Shown: piece by piece, positions 47,121 to 59,118 of the stretch | Numbering within the stretch: the first letter of the stretch is position 1 | Layout: the number at the start of each line of letters is the position of its first letter | Source: Bispira polyomma | Lineage: Eukaryota | Length of the DNA: 64,000 nt | Direction: 5' to 3' | Assembly (NCBI GenBank): GCA_965649765.1 | Contig: OZ287751.1 | Location: 80,166,001-80,230,000, forward strand | Program-made: the position numbers and the translations under genes | Notes under the pieces: model-generated | What the model was told of the DNA's origin: nothing | Database searches by the model: none | The model's input: the letters and a program-made list of their open reading frames with translations, nothing else

Positions 47121-49642
47121 TTATACAACAGTTAATACACTACATCCACTCTCTTTGTGCTTTATTAACAATGACATTCTAGAGAAGGTCTTTTGACATA
47201 GCTCACAGGAATACTTCTTGACGTCGGAGTGTGTCTGGAGATGGGCGCGCAGGTTGGATCTGTCTGCGAATGCTCTGGAGCAATGCTGGCAGGAGAAGGG
47301 TTTCTCCCCAGTGTGGGTTCTGATGTGACCTTGAAGCAGCCAGGGCCTGGAGAAGGCTTTCCCACAGATATGACACTTGCATGGCAGTGTATGAGTCCTT
47401 ATGTGCATTTTCAGGGCGCCCAGGGACGTGTATTCCTTGTCGCAGTGTTGGCAGTTGAAGTGCTTGACTATCTGCTTGGAGCAGTGGAATTGTTTATGTT
47501 TGGCCAGGCCGCTGAATGTGGAATAGGATTTTCCACACCACTCACAGTTGTGCTTTGCTGTAGTGGACTTGCATCCCACTGGAGTGATATTGACAATATT
47601 GTTATTATTATTGTTGTTGATTTTGCCAGAGCTTTTGACAGTGTCCGTCGTTTCAGTGCTGTCTTCAGAGATGGTGCTGAACTTGTCACTGGCAGCACTC
47701 TCTAAAGACATGGGCCTCTCATTAAGGTAGATGTGCTCATTAATGGTGACTGCCTTCTCCCTTGATGAGTCCTTATAGGTTAGTGGGGTGGTCGGGGTTA
47801 AGTGGTTCTTTTTGTAGAGTGGACTTTCACATTTAAGCATCTCAGCTTGGTACTGCATGTAGCGTGGGTCCATCAATGCTGGGTTGACAAGGTAGGGGGA
47901 GTGGGGGTGGTGGTGGAAAGCCTCTTGGGTGGGTGGTCTCCATATAGGATGGAGGAATGGCAGCATGGCCCCGCCCTTCTCCAAGGCACTCAAGTAGTTC
48001 ATGTAGTAGTGAGGCAGGGCTAAGTAAGGGTAGTCTCTCATCTGGTCTATTGGGGAGGATACCGCTGTGGGGAAAGGGGATGACATTTTAGGGGGAGTAG
48101 TGAAGTCCACGGGCAGATTGGGGATATTGTTCTGCCAGAAGTAAGGGTCATGTAACCTCAGCCCTCCTCCACTGCTTAACCCACCTGCTGGCCTAGTGGG
48201 TTTTGACTCCTTTGCCATGGGACTGCTTAAGTCTGTGGCAACATTATTATTATTATGACTTAGCTGATGCTGGTGTTGAGTAGTGTCCACTTGTCCCTTT
48301 TTGTTATTGTTCTTGCTAGTATTATTCTTCCTGGTCTTCTTTACCCAGAACTGTGCCCCCTTGGGAGTATGGGCAGGAGTTGTTGTACTGTCTCTACCTT
48401 CATCAGAAGAAGTATCTTGGTCATGGAAGACTTGCTGATCAGCTGTGCTTGACCTGTCACTTCTATCTGACTCACTCAGTCTTCTAGCCAGTTCCTCCTC
48501 AGCCCCATTTAAAGGACTTTCTGGCAGAGATGGTGGACTCATATCACTACTCACTGGAGAGGAAGACATCTGGTATCTGCTGCCTCCTCTACTAAACTGG
48601 TGTCCACCACCAGAAGTGTCTATGACATAGTTAGTCATTTTCAAGGGTGAAGGCTCGAATTGAGGGACTTCTATCTTTAGTGGAGACCAGTAAGGATGTG
48701 GTAACATAGGACGACTGCTACTCTTCCGGGATTGCTTGGAATCTTGTTGTACCCTCTGGAGTAGTCTCTGTTGTTGTTCTTCTTTAGTGTGAACATTAAC
48801 GTCAGATTTGGTCAGTTCCTCCACAGTGAATCTGGTGATCTGCTTCTTCTGTGGTTTGTTATGAAGTTTAGTTTGTAGGAAGGGTTGGTGAAGATCTCTC
48901 TTGTCGACATTTCTACTAGTGAGCACTTTGACATCTTCGTGATTCTCACTGTCGTTGTTCTGTGGAAAACAGGTGGTAAAGGCGGGCAGTGGAGTTTGTA
49001 GCACTTGTTTGACATCTGTAAAGCCTTTGACAATGTTTGTGTTATTCTTAGTAGGATTCATTGCTAATGTTTTATTCATCACACCCTTCTCACAGTCTAG
49101 TTCTCTGTGCTGTTGTTGATGACTGGTTGTATCAGCCTGTCTGATAGGGCTGCTTTCTACGTCATACCTGGCTCTCTTACTGTTAGTATTGGCATTGTTC
49201 AGCCCCTGCTGGGAATAATTTAAAGGTTCTAGAATACCATAGCAATTACTGTAAGCTCTCTTTGTTCCCGTTGATCTACTGTATTTGCTCTGCAGTGTAT
49301 TTGCTGTATCATCAATACCAGAACTACTACCAGTACTGGTAATACTGGTGTTGTCGTGATAACAAAGGGATATAGGCTCTCTTTTCAGGCTATTGGTTTC
49401 AATGTTTTCATTAGGCTCCACTTTAACCCCGGACAGGTGGATTGCCTCACGTTTTGTTGGCCTGATGCTGGAATGCAATTGATATCCATTGTTCCCGGCC
49501 GAGGGAACGTATTGGCGGGCACCTGCCCGATTATCGCCCTGTGGGCAGACGACTTTTTGCTCTGGGAACGGATTGTGTGTTGGTTTTGGTGGTTTCTCGG
49601 CAGGTGGATTTCCAGGCAAGCAGGTGATTTCTTTATCGGACA
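47121..49642 (-). CDS. snail: Snail-family zinc-finger transcriptional repressor, coding exon 2
   Basis: Acceptor TCTTTTTCCTTTCTACAG with phase 1 matching exon 1. 2522 nt open to TAA. Four C2H2 fingers plus a terminal C2HC finger with the Snail signatures [65 protein letters not shown] and FSRMSLL. Confidence 0.96.
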
Positions 49643-52247
49643 CTGTAGAAAGGAAAAAGAGATAAAAAACAGTCTGGTTAATTATGAAAATAGTATTTCC
49701 ACAGAGGTAGTCATTGTTACTGTAAGAAATGAATGGGTTTTTTTCACCTCGCATGTTTCATACCCATCTAAATATGCTCACTAATGTGGTTTGTGATCAT
49801 TTAATCCTTTAGTTTTAGTTAAAGGTAAATCCTTAATTTAAGATAAGACTTAAATAGATAAATTTTTAGACACTGTCAGTGAATAACTGCTGAATAGATA
49901 CCTTTAAGAGGGTTAAATGAAGCATACAACTATTTCTGTTTTTGGTTCTAAATTATATTTGTTAAATGAAATAACTATTCTATTAAAAATTAGTTCAACA
50001 AAAAATAAAATGTTTATCCAGTCTTTCCCCCCAAAATTGGTTAAATGTTGTTTGTATTTTGGTAGAGACTACTTTTTAGAGGGTAGTGAGTTTAATTATG
50101 GTACAATGTTTTGTAACATACTTTACCAAGTAGATTACAATTGACAGGGCTATGGTTTATGTGTGACTTTAATTCCCAAATGTGGAGTTAAGTTTAAGTC
50201 AAATACTAAGTACTGTGGCTGATGAGGGCACATGGGTGTTTTTATAGAGGAGTTTGAGGTGGGGCCTGGTGTGTGTGGCCTGGTTTAGATCAAGATGTTA
50301 TCTCAACAATAGGGGGTTAATTTAAAATTAAATGCGGGCTCTTGGATCATATTATGAGTGCCATTCTATTGCGTTCATACCGGGTAGACCCTGTTTTGTG
50401 TGTGTTTTTTTAAAAAAGTTTTTGGTTGTTGTCAGAATTATATTACACCCTATATAGCACCTGTTTTTGGGTATGGATGAAAATGTAAAACACCAAGAAC
50501 AATTATAACAATACCAAAGGTCTATATTCTTAATTTACTTTTGTTTTAATAATTCAATATATTCAGGCAAATCCTTAGAGACGAATTATATTCTTAACAC
50601 ATGAATATATATATGTCTGTCATGTTTTGTTTTGTCTGTCACGATTTTTATATTATGATTTTTTAAAACTCTTATAACCACATTATATCAAATAAACCAG
50701 TATATTCAACCCGTGCCTTTCCTCTCACCACTATATACACACCGACTCCCCCCCCCCCCTCTCCTCCTCCTTGCTCTTACACTTGACAACTATGTGTAGT
50801 GTGTGTCTTTAAGAAAAGATTTATGATGTCTTAATAAAATAGTTCCTCTTGAGTACATTACAAACACAGAAGTGAGTTTTCAGAGTCATTATCAATATAA
50901 GTAAGTGCTTTACAATCTACCACCTAAATCCTAATAGTGTGTTCCCTAAACTACTGTCATTTTGATAATAATATACACATTTATATGTGTCTACACACAC
51001 ATACATATATATACTAAAATTGGACTTAAAGTGGAATATCTCCCTCAGGCTATAAAGTTTTCAAAACTATTAAAGCTATATTATGAATGGTAGAGTTGTT
51101 GGCATTTTCAATAGGGTTTCTGTCTATTCAGTGTTATTGTGTCCTTGTGGCTCTAAACAATTGTGAGATAGAGATAATGTAAATAAACTATATAGAAACC
51201 CCCCTCTAATGAGCTATCTAATGCAGCCTGTCTTTATAAGAGATAATTACACCTAGCAATGAGCTCTGAGCGGCGGGGATTTAATACGGCGTATCTCTAT
51301 AATGTGATAAGCGGCATTTCATTTACTGATTTTCAATGAGATAGGGTTTTTTAAATGTTTGTTTAATTGAGCCTCTATTAAAGTTGAAATGCAGTCAGTT
51401 TATCAGTGATTATCTTAAATTTATATAAATATTATTAAATATACACCACATAACATATATATTGAGTCATAGTACACATTAAAAAGATATTTTTTAAAAG
51501 ACTTAATCATATCATATAATTTTGAACCTTTTGTCTAGCTCTGAGCTCATAATACTTAAGTAGATACTCTTGTTTAAGAGGATTTCAGTACCAATCGCCG
51601 ATGAGATTTGAATAAACTTTAAAAGGTAAAAAGTAGTAGATCGGTTCTTACACTTGTCAGATTTGAAGATGGTTAAAGTGTTTTACGTCTAAACTGAACA
51701 AACTTTGAGTGTATGTCTTTGATGTGTATATATTACAGAGGTATGTTTACTCTCTCCTATTGTCCTGTGGATTAAACTGGTAACTTTTAAACAGTTTAAC
51801 CGCCCCCACCCCCTCCAAAACTTTTAAAAGAAAGACTATCCATTGTATTTGCCGTGAAGAATCTGTTAAGTTATTGGAGCTCTAACCATTATAAACTACT
51901 GTTCTTTTTGTGTAACATACTAACAGTTTTATCAATTAGACTTTAATTTTCATAACAGATAAAACTTATAAATATAACCCTGTGTTCGTTTGCGTCCCTG
52001 ATATATAATATTTAGTGGGGATCTCAATGTATTTATCCTAAAACTTTACATACCCTATATCCCAAACGTTTGGGTATTGAAACCTACAACATCACTATGG
52101 TCAAAACTTGTAGAAAGGTCTAAAGGCCTTACATACCTTAGCAGTCACTATATATTTTAGCATGTTTGATTTATTACTTTTAATTATTTTTTTGGGTTGA
52201 TTCTAAATTTTATATTCAATGTTGATATAATTTTAAAACACATTCAC

Positions 52248-52288
<41 letters not shown>

Positions 52289-52323
52289 TATTAATAAATC
52301 TTCAGACACAGACCATCTCTTAC
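49643..52323 (-). other. snail: snail intron (2681 bp, GT-AG, phase 1)
   Basis: Donor AAAG|GTAAGA at 52323, acceptor CTACAG at 49643; the junction reads ..[12 protein letters not shown] in frame. Confidence 0.88.
52252..52283. repeat. (TA)n microsatellite in the snail intron
   Basis: About 15 TA units ~40 bp from the splice donor. Confidence 0.9.
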
Positions 52324-52534
52324 CTTTAACTGGTCTCCACATAAACTGGTAGCCAGGTGGGCAGACTGTGTGCCTGTCATTATCCTCCACATCACCCTCG
52401 TAACCTCTGACTGGATCCACCTCTCTTACCACTTCCATGGCATCCTCCTCGTGTTCCGGACTATGGTCTGTGCTGCTGTCGGCCTTGGCTTTCTTAGCCT
52501 TGGTCTTCTGGTGGATCAGAAATGCTCTAGGCAT
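52324..52534 (-). CDS. snail: Snail-family repressor, coding exon 1 (SNAG domain)
   Basis: Begins MPRAFLI (SNAG consensus MPR[SA]FL[VI]); 211 nt ending at a canonical donor. Confidence 0.93.
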
Positions 52535-52949
52535 GATGGATGATAGTGTTGTAGTGAATCACATAAGACCACACAGTCAAATCTCTGAGTAAGTTTGAGG
52601 ATTGCTTAAAACCATAGGTGCACCACCTTTAGATGCTTATTACTCTGTTGATGTCTTGATTACAAGTTTTATATATATATATTATAGTCCCATATATAAA
52701 TAATAAATCCTTGAATTGGTGTCCAATAAATATGATAAATAACTGATATTAATCCAAGAATCAGTACATATGTAATGTTTCCTTCTTTATAAGTGAACAA
52801 ATATTTATTTGTTAAATATTAGTGATTCTCTTTCCTTTCTATCATTGCAGTTGTTTAGTTTCTCATATACAACTGTTGAACACTAAACAGTAAATGAGAA
52901 CTTTTTGATATTAACAGATGAACTTGATCATTGAGAAACCAACTTTCAA

Positions 52950-53290
52950 ATGTAATGCTGTCTGGTTGTGTCCACTGGGTTTATATAGGTTTCTCAAGAC
53001 CCCCTCCTATAGACCCTCATATGTGTGTCTACTACTAATACACATCTACACACAGAAACTCACTTGTGTGTATGAATGGGTGTGTATAGACAACTTTAAC
53101 ACACACAACAAAAGCTCCTTATGAAACAGTAACAATAAGTATTGTCCACCCGCAGATGAATAGTGAAAGGTGCACCAGACGACAAATGGCTCTTGACCAA
53201 TGAAATCGCCCCATAGATGTGTGGTCGTGAACTCAGCTGCCAGTCAGATCTCTGCTAACAAGTATGCACGGCGCAATCTACCCAGTTGAG
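52950..53290 (-). promoter_or_regulatory. Candidate snail core and proximal promoter
   Basis: TATATAAA (minus strand) 52980-52987, CCAAT 53197-53201, E-boxes at 53153, 53183, 53234 and 53283, local CpG enrichment. Confidence 0.55.
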
Positions 53291-54712
53291 GTGGCGTGAA
53301 GGGGGAGATGAGGAGGGGGAGGTAGAAAAAGGGGGGGGGGGTGTAAAGGTGGTGGTTAGTGGGATAAAGAGTTTATTGAAGAAGACCATCTATCAATCAT
53401 TTCTACCAAGACAAGAAATGGACATTTTAACTGAGCAAAGTTTTGTTTTTGAGGAGGACAGTGTCACACAAACAGATTCTATCACATATCACTTCATATA
53501 CAGACACACAACTACATTGTTTTTGTATGTTAACTAACGAGGTTCCTTTTTTTTTTAAATGTACAGGGCCAGTTATCAAAGGGGACCCTAAATTAAAGGT
53601 AGTTTATGATACCCTTGGTAATAAGGTACCTTGACTTTTTAAAGCCGCCAGGGAGAATTTGAATCTCCAACATTGCCTAACCTTCATTGTTTCCTTCAGA
53701 CAGTTTTATGTTGCACCAAGGAGTTGAATTGTTTCTTTTATTTGATTATTTCTTGTTTTCAAAGATTACCTAAACCTGCACCTCCCACTTGTAAATTGCC
53801 TTTTTTGCCGTTTTTGTAAAGGTGAAGTGGGGGTGGGGGGGTGGGGGGGGGGGTGAATATCTCTTACAGGAAGGAGTTCCAACTTAATACCTAATATTTA
53901 TTGGAATGGCTCATGTGGCATTCATTCATATGCTTTCATTGTTTTTATTAAATTATTAAAAACAGCAAAATACTTTTTAAGCATAAAATAAATTGCATAT
54001 TTTGTACATTATATTAAATACAGAAACATTTTATACATTATATACATTATATTTAATACAGCAACATACATGGCAAGCATTAAAATCCATTTTGCAATAC
54101 CCAACCATAGAATAATTCCACATTTTGGACACATAAAAAAAAGTAGAAATATTTTAAGCTAGAAAGAAATATTTGGAATTAAGTAATTAACATGGGGAAT
54201 TACATGTGAAAAACAAGTTTTTCACGACAACGGTAAACTTGTCTGTGTCTTAATCCCTACCCCCTGCAGTTGTAACAGTATTTGGTCTACTGAGTCAAAG
54301 CACACCTGTTGTCAACAAACAAATAGAAAGGGCAGATAGAAGCAGTAGACGTCTGGACTGGACGAATTAGTACATGTATATATCACCCGCTGTATACTTA
54401 CTGTTAATACAACAATGTGATACACTGCAGGCTCCAGTTATGATAAAAGTTTATAACTGTTTTTCTTAATTTTTCATAATTTAATCGTCGGCTTCACAGG
54501 TAGAATAGAAAAAGGGGGAAATCAGTTAAGGCGTCTCTTTTAGTGCATAATATTCAGTTGGGGAGAAGATTTGATTGCAATTGATACATATATTGCTTGC
54601 AAAAACTCATATGCAAGTCATATATTAGAAGGCAGGTGAATTTATGAACTGTTATAGACAGTCTGGCAGTTATCTGAGTTAGGCGACGTTTTTTGTCTTT
54701 AAAAAGGATTTT

Positions 54713-54948
54713 GAGTTATAAATTTTAAAAATTCAAATATATTTTAAAGAGAAGCATTAGTTTTATCAAAGGTTTATTTAGATATTGAACTTACGTGGGT
54801 GAATGTGAGTTTAGGAAATATCAAATATTAAAAATATGAGTTACAGATTTCGAAAATTCAAATTTAATTTAAAGAGAAGCATTTTTGTTTATCAAAGGTT
54901 TATGAGACATTGAACATCGGTTAGTGAATGTGAGTTTAGGTAATATTA
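54713..54948. repeat. Diverged tandem duplication of ~125 bp
   Basis: TTTAAAGAGAAGCATT..TTTATCAAAGGTTTAT..ATTGAAC..GTGAATGTGAGTTTAGG occurs twice. Confidence 0.8.
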
Positions 54949-55649
54949 ACTAGCGTATGCTTAGACATTTAATTTGTTAATTAAGTCTAATTTATAATAA
55001 CAGACTAACTAAATGGGACTCCACAGGTAACTCTGTTTAAAGGGACAACTAATAAAACTATATTCTTGAATGCATTTATAATTTTCACGCCAACAATACA
55101 TTTATAATTTTCTGTAATAATTATTAAACTATGTAATAAGAAAAGTCATCTTGTTTTGTTGTGTGCCTTGAGTAGAGTAATTAGGGAGAGTAGAAATTAA
55201 TTCATTGTTTTACACAAAGTACTTTATGTCAACCTGTGCATCTGTGCCAATTTCTCTGAAACTCTAGATCAAAGCAAACTGCCCACAAGTCATTCTAATA
55301 TTCCTCAATGGTGAGGCATTTAAGTGGTGAATACAACCTTAATATATAGGTATATGTATGGCAATATGTAAAATAGCTACACAGATACAAGTGTATAGCA
55401 TTGATTAAAATAAATACAATACAAGTATATGAATAATATACTAAAAAAAGTATGAATATTTCTTAATTGCATTGAAATTATGGTATTGAATTGAATTATA
55501 AGTGAATGCTAATTTTTCAGCTACAAAGAGTACCAATTTATTAAACATTTATCAGACTAAAACTACTGTTCCTATAAACTCCTAATGTAACCTAGACAAT
55601 ATTATTTCACTTTTTATAATATTATTGTCTGAATTACTCTAAAATACAC

Positions 55650-55872
55650 AGTACGTCTAAACTCTGACTTAGATAAAACCTTATCTCTAAGTCCAGGTAT
55701 ATAGGAACATAGATCATATTTGTAAACATTCATTTTAATAGAGGTTTCAGCACTGATTTCAAATATGCAATCAAATTTTACTAAATTTTAACCGCAGTCT
55801 GAGATATGACGACCATACATTTGAGCTTGAGTCTTTGTTGAGTTTGAACGTTTGGGAAAATATTGCTACTGA
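55650..55872 (+). mobile_element. Dispersed repeat family D copy
   Basis: CATTCATTTTAATAGAGGTTTCAGCACTGATTTCAAATATG core, TTGAGCTTGAGTC repeats. Confidence 0.6.
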
Positions 55873-55996
55873 TTTTAAAGGACTTCTTTAACATGTGTTT
55901 TACAATGACCTTAGCCAACAGCTATGCACTAGCTTAAAATACTTGCATTTTAACTTGAGTCTGAATTGAGCTAGAGATATTTTAAGAATACTGCTT

Positions 55997-56244
55997 CTGA
56001 GGCCATATTCTCGAAAGATCTCCAGTTTAACAACTCAGACTCTAGCCCAAACCCTTAAAATTTAATATCACTAGAGTAAAGTTGAGTCAAGATCTGACTG
56101 CATATTTGAGTTCAGCATTGAAAGCTCTGTTAAAATAAATGGTCACAAGTATAGGTTTATTCAATGTACAATGACTTCCATATGGTCTTCTTTTGAGTTT
56201 AAACCTCAGTATGAACTTAATTTATTTGAATAATGTGTCTACTA
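55997..56244 (-). mobile_element. Dispersed repeat family D copy (inverted)
   Basis: CATATTTGAGTTCAGCATTGAAAGCTCTGTTAAAATAAATGGTCACAA is the reverse complement of the family core. Confidence 0.6.
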
Positions 56245-56915
56245 GTCATTTTATGGGTTTTTAAATTGTGTTTTAATATAACCTAAGCCAATATCTATGT
56301 GCCAACCAGAAGTCACTTTAGTGTACACTTAGTATTCTGAATCATGTCTGTCAGCCAAACTACCACTGTGTTGGGCAGAGAACTATATAACATATAAAGC
56401 TGTAATCACTGTACTTCACACACATGTGACATAACTACAAACAGACATTAATGTGTCTCTATAAACCGACAAACAATTGTACAGCTCTCCATAAATCACT
56501 GCTCTCTGTATCTGTTTACACTCTATAACAATGTGTTCTTTGTATCTAACAAATCTATCTGACAGGTCAGCATCTAACAAAATATACTCATGTACATGTT
56601 GTTCCTATTTTTGCATTCATTTCATTCTTATATTATTTAAGGATAACTGAAAATATTGACGTTCCTACTTTCAAACTTGAGTTGGTATACTTGTGTACTG
56701 AACATGCTCAGTTTTAGGGGAATAAGAATACTCTGTAGCCTTTGTACTTTGAGAATATAAAATGAAAGTTTCTTGAGAAAAGAAAAAAGTTCTATGGGTA
56801 TATTTTTGTTTGGTATTTTTCTAGAGTCCTTTTTTTTATACAAGGCTAATCGGTTCTGTTTATTACATTTGTTGTCCATTATCGAACAGTACTCATCAGT
56901 TTGAAAAAATATTTT

Positions 56916-57045
56916 TGTTGGACCCCGTCTTAGGAAATAATCCCGTCTTTAGATGGGCTATAGCCCAACTAAGGATCCTAAGTCTGACTGTGTATCTTAC
57001 GATGGGCTGGCCAATCTTAAGGTGGGCTGGCCAATGGGCCTCAAC
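56916..57045. mobile_element. Palindromic MITE (CTTAAGATTGGCCA family)
   Basis: GATGGGCTATAGCCCAACTAAGGATCCTAAG, TGGCCAATCTTAAG. Confidence 0.6.
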
Positions 57046-57109
57046 ATTTACACCTGCAATTTCAGAAGCCGTATATTATTCTCTGGCTACTTGCATTCTT
57101 AAAAACAAT

Positions 57110-59118
57110 CTTAAACTTAAGACAGATGTATGTTCACCCTCAGGTATTCCTATCTCTAGATAAACTAAACTTAAGCCAGACGTATGTCCACCCTCAGGTA
57201 TTCCTATCTCTAGATAAACTAAACTTAAGCCAGACGTATGTCCACCCTCAGGTATTCCTATCTCTAGATAAACTAAACTTAAGCCAGACGTATGTCCACC
57301 CTCAGGTATTCCTATCTCTAGATAAACTAAACTTAAGCCAGACGTATGTCCACCCTCAGGTATTCCTATCTCTAGATAAACTAAACTTAAGCCAGACGTA
57401 TGTCCACCCTCAGGTATTCCTATCTCTAGATAAACTAAACTTAAGCCAGACGTATGTCCACCCTCAGGTATTCCTATCTCTAGATAAACTAAACTTAAGC
57501 CAGACGTATGTCCACCCTCAGGTATTCCTATCTCTAGATAAACTAAACTTAAGCCAGACGTATGTCCACCCTCAGGTATTCCTATCTCTAGATAAACTAA
57601 ACTTAAGCCAGACGTATGTCCACCCTCAGGTATTCCTATCTCTAGATAAACTAAACTTAAGCCAGACGTATGTCCACCCTCAGGTATTCCTATCTCTAGA
57701 TAAACTAAACTTAAGCCAGACGTATGTCCACCCTCAGGTATTCCTATCTCTAGATAAACTAAACTTAAGCCAGACGTATGTCCACCCTCAGGTATTCCTA
57801 TCTCTAGATAAACTGAACTTAAGCCAGACGTATGTCCACCCTCAGGTATTCCTATCTCTAGATAAACTGAACTTAAGCCAGACGTATGTCCACCCTCAGG
57901 TATTCCTATCTCTAGATAAACTGAACTTAAGCCAGACGTATGTCCACCCTCAGGTATTCCTATCTCTAGATAAACTGAACCTAAGCCAGACGTATGTCCA
58001 CCCTCAGGTATTCCTATCTCTAGATAAACTGAACCTAAGCCAGACGTATGTCCACCCTCAGGTATTCCTATCTCTAGATAAACTGAACTTAAGCCAGACG
58101 TATGTCCACCCTCAGGTATTCCTATCTCTAGATAAACTGAACTTAAGCCAGACGTATGTCCACCCTCAGGTATTCCTATCTCTAGATAAACTGAACCTAA
58201 GCCAGACGTATGTCCACCCTCAGGTATTCCTATCTCTAGATAAACTGAACCTAAGCCAGACGTATGTCCACCCTCAGGTATTCCTATCTCTAGATAAACT
58301 GAACTTAAGCCAGATGTATGTCCACCCTCAGATATTCCTATCTCTAGATAAACTGAACCTAAGCCAGACGTATGTCCACCCTCAGGTATTCCTATCTCTA
58401 GATAAACTGAACTTAAGCCAGACGTATGTCCACCCTCAGGTATTCCTATCTCTAGATAAACTGAACTTAAGCCAGACGTATGTCCACCCTCAGGTATTCC
58501 TATCTCTAGATAAACTGAACTTAAGCCAGACGTATGTCCACCCTCAGGTATTCCTATCTCTAGATAAACTGAACCTAAGCCAGACGTATGTCCACCCTCA
58601 GGTATTCCTATCTCTAGATAAACTGAACTTAAGCCAGACGTATGTCCACCCTCAGGTATTCCTATCTCTAGATAAACTGAACTTAAGCCAGACGTATGTC
58701 CACCCTCAGGTATTCCTATCTCTAGATAAACTGAACTTAAGCCAGACGTATGTCCACCCTCAGGTATTCCTATCTCTAGATAAACTGAACTTAAGCCAGA
58801 CGTATGTCCACCCTCAGGTATTCCTATCTCTAGATAAACTGAACTTAAGCCAGACGTATGTCCACCCTCAGGTATTCCTATCTCTAGATAAACTGAACTT
58901 AAGCCAGACGTATGTCCACCCTCAGGTATTCCTATCTCTAGATAAACTGAACTTAAGCCAGACGTATGTCCACCCTCAGGTATTCCTATCTCTAGATAAA
59001 CTGAACTTAAGCCAGACGTATGTCCACCCTCAGGTATTCCTATCTCTAGATAAACTGAACTTAAGCCAGACGTATGTCCACCCTCAGGTATTCCTATCTC
59101 TAGATAAACTGAAGTTAA
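57110..59118. repeat. 54-bp minisatellite, about 37 near-identical units
   Basis: Unit GCCAGACGTATGTCCACCCTCAGGTATTCCTATCTCTAGATAAACT(A/G)AAC(T/C)TAA. Confidence 0.98.

Noticed and set aside
47121-47550. Assignment to Scratch rather than Snail
   Set aside because: Finger sequences [24 protein letters not shown] and RAHLQTH are Snail-type, and no Scratch-specific signature was seen.
49643-49754. N-terminal extension MRGEKNPF.. of the 877-aa ORF as the true start
   Set aside because: It runs through the polypyrimidine tract and acceptor of the intron. The SNAG-bearing exon at 52534 splices in frame and SNAG must be N-terminal.
47165-49784. Several short overlapping or antisense ORFs within snail exon 2
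   Set aside because: Expected by-products of a GC-richer coding exon; no motifs.
57110-59118. CRISPR-like array
   Set aside because: Head-to-tail identical units with no unique spacers, eukaryotic context, no cas genes. The same applies to the 66-bp array.
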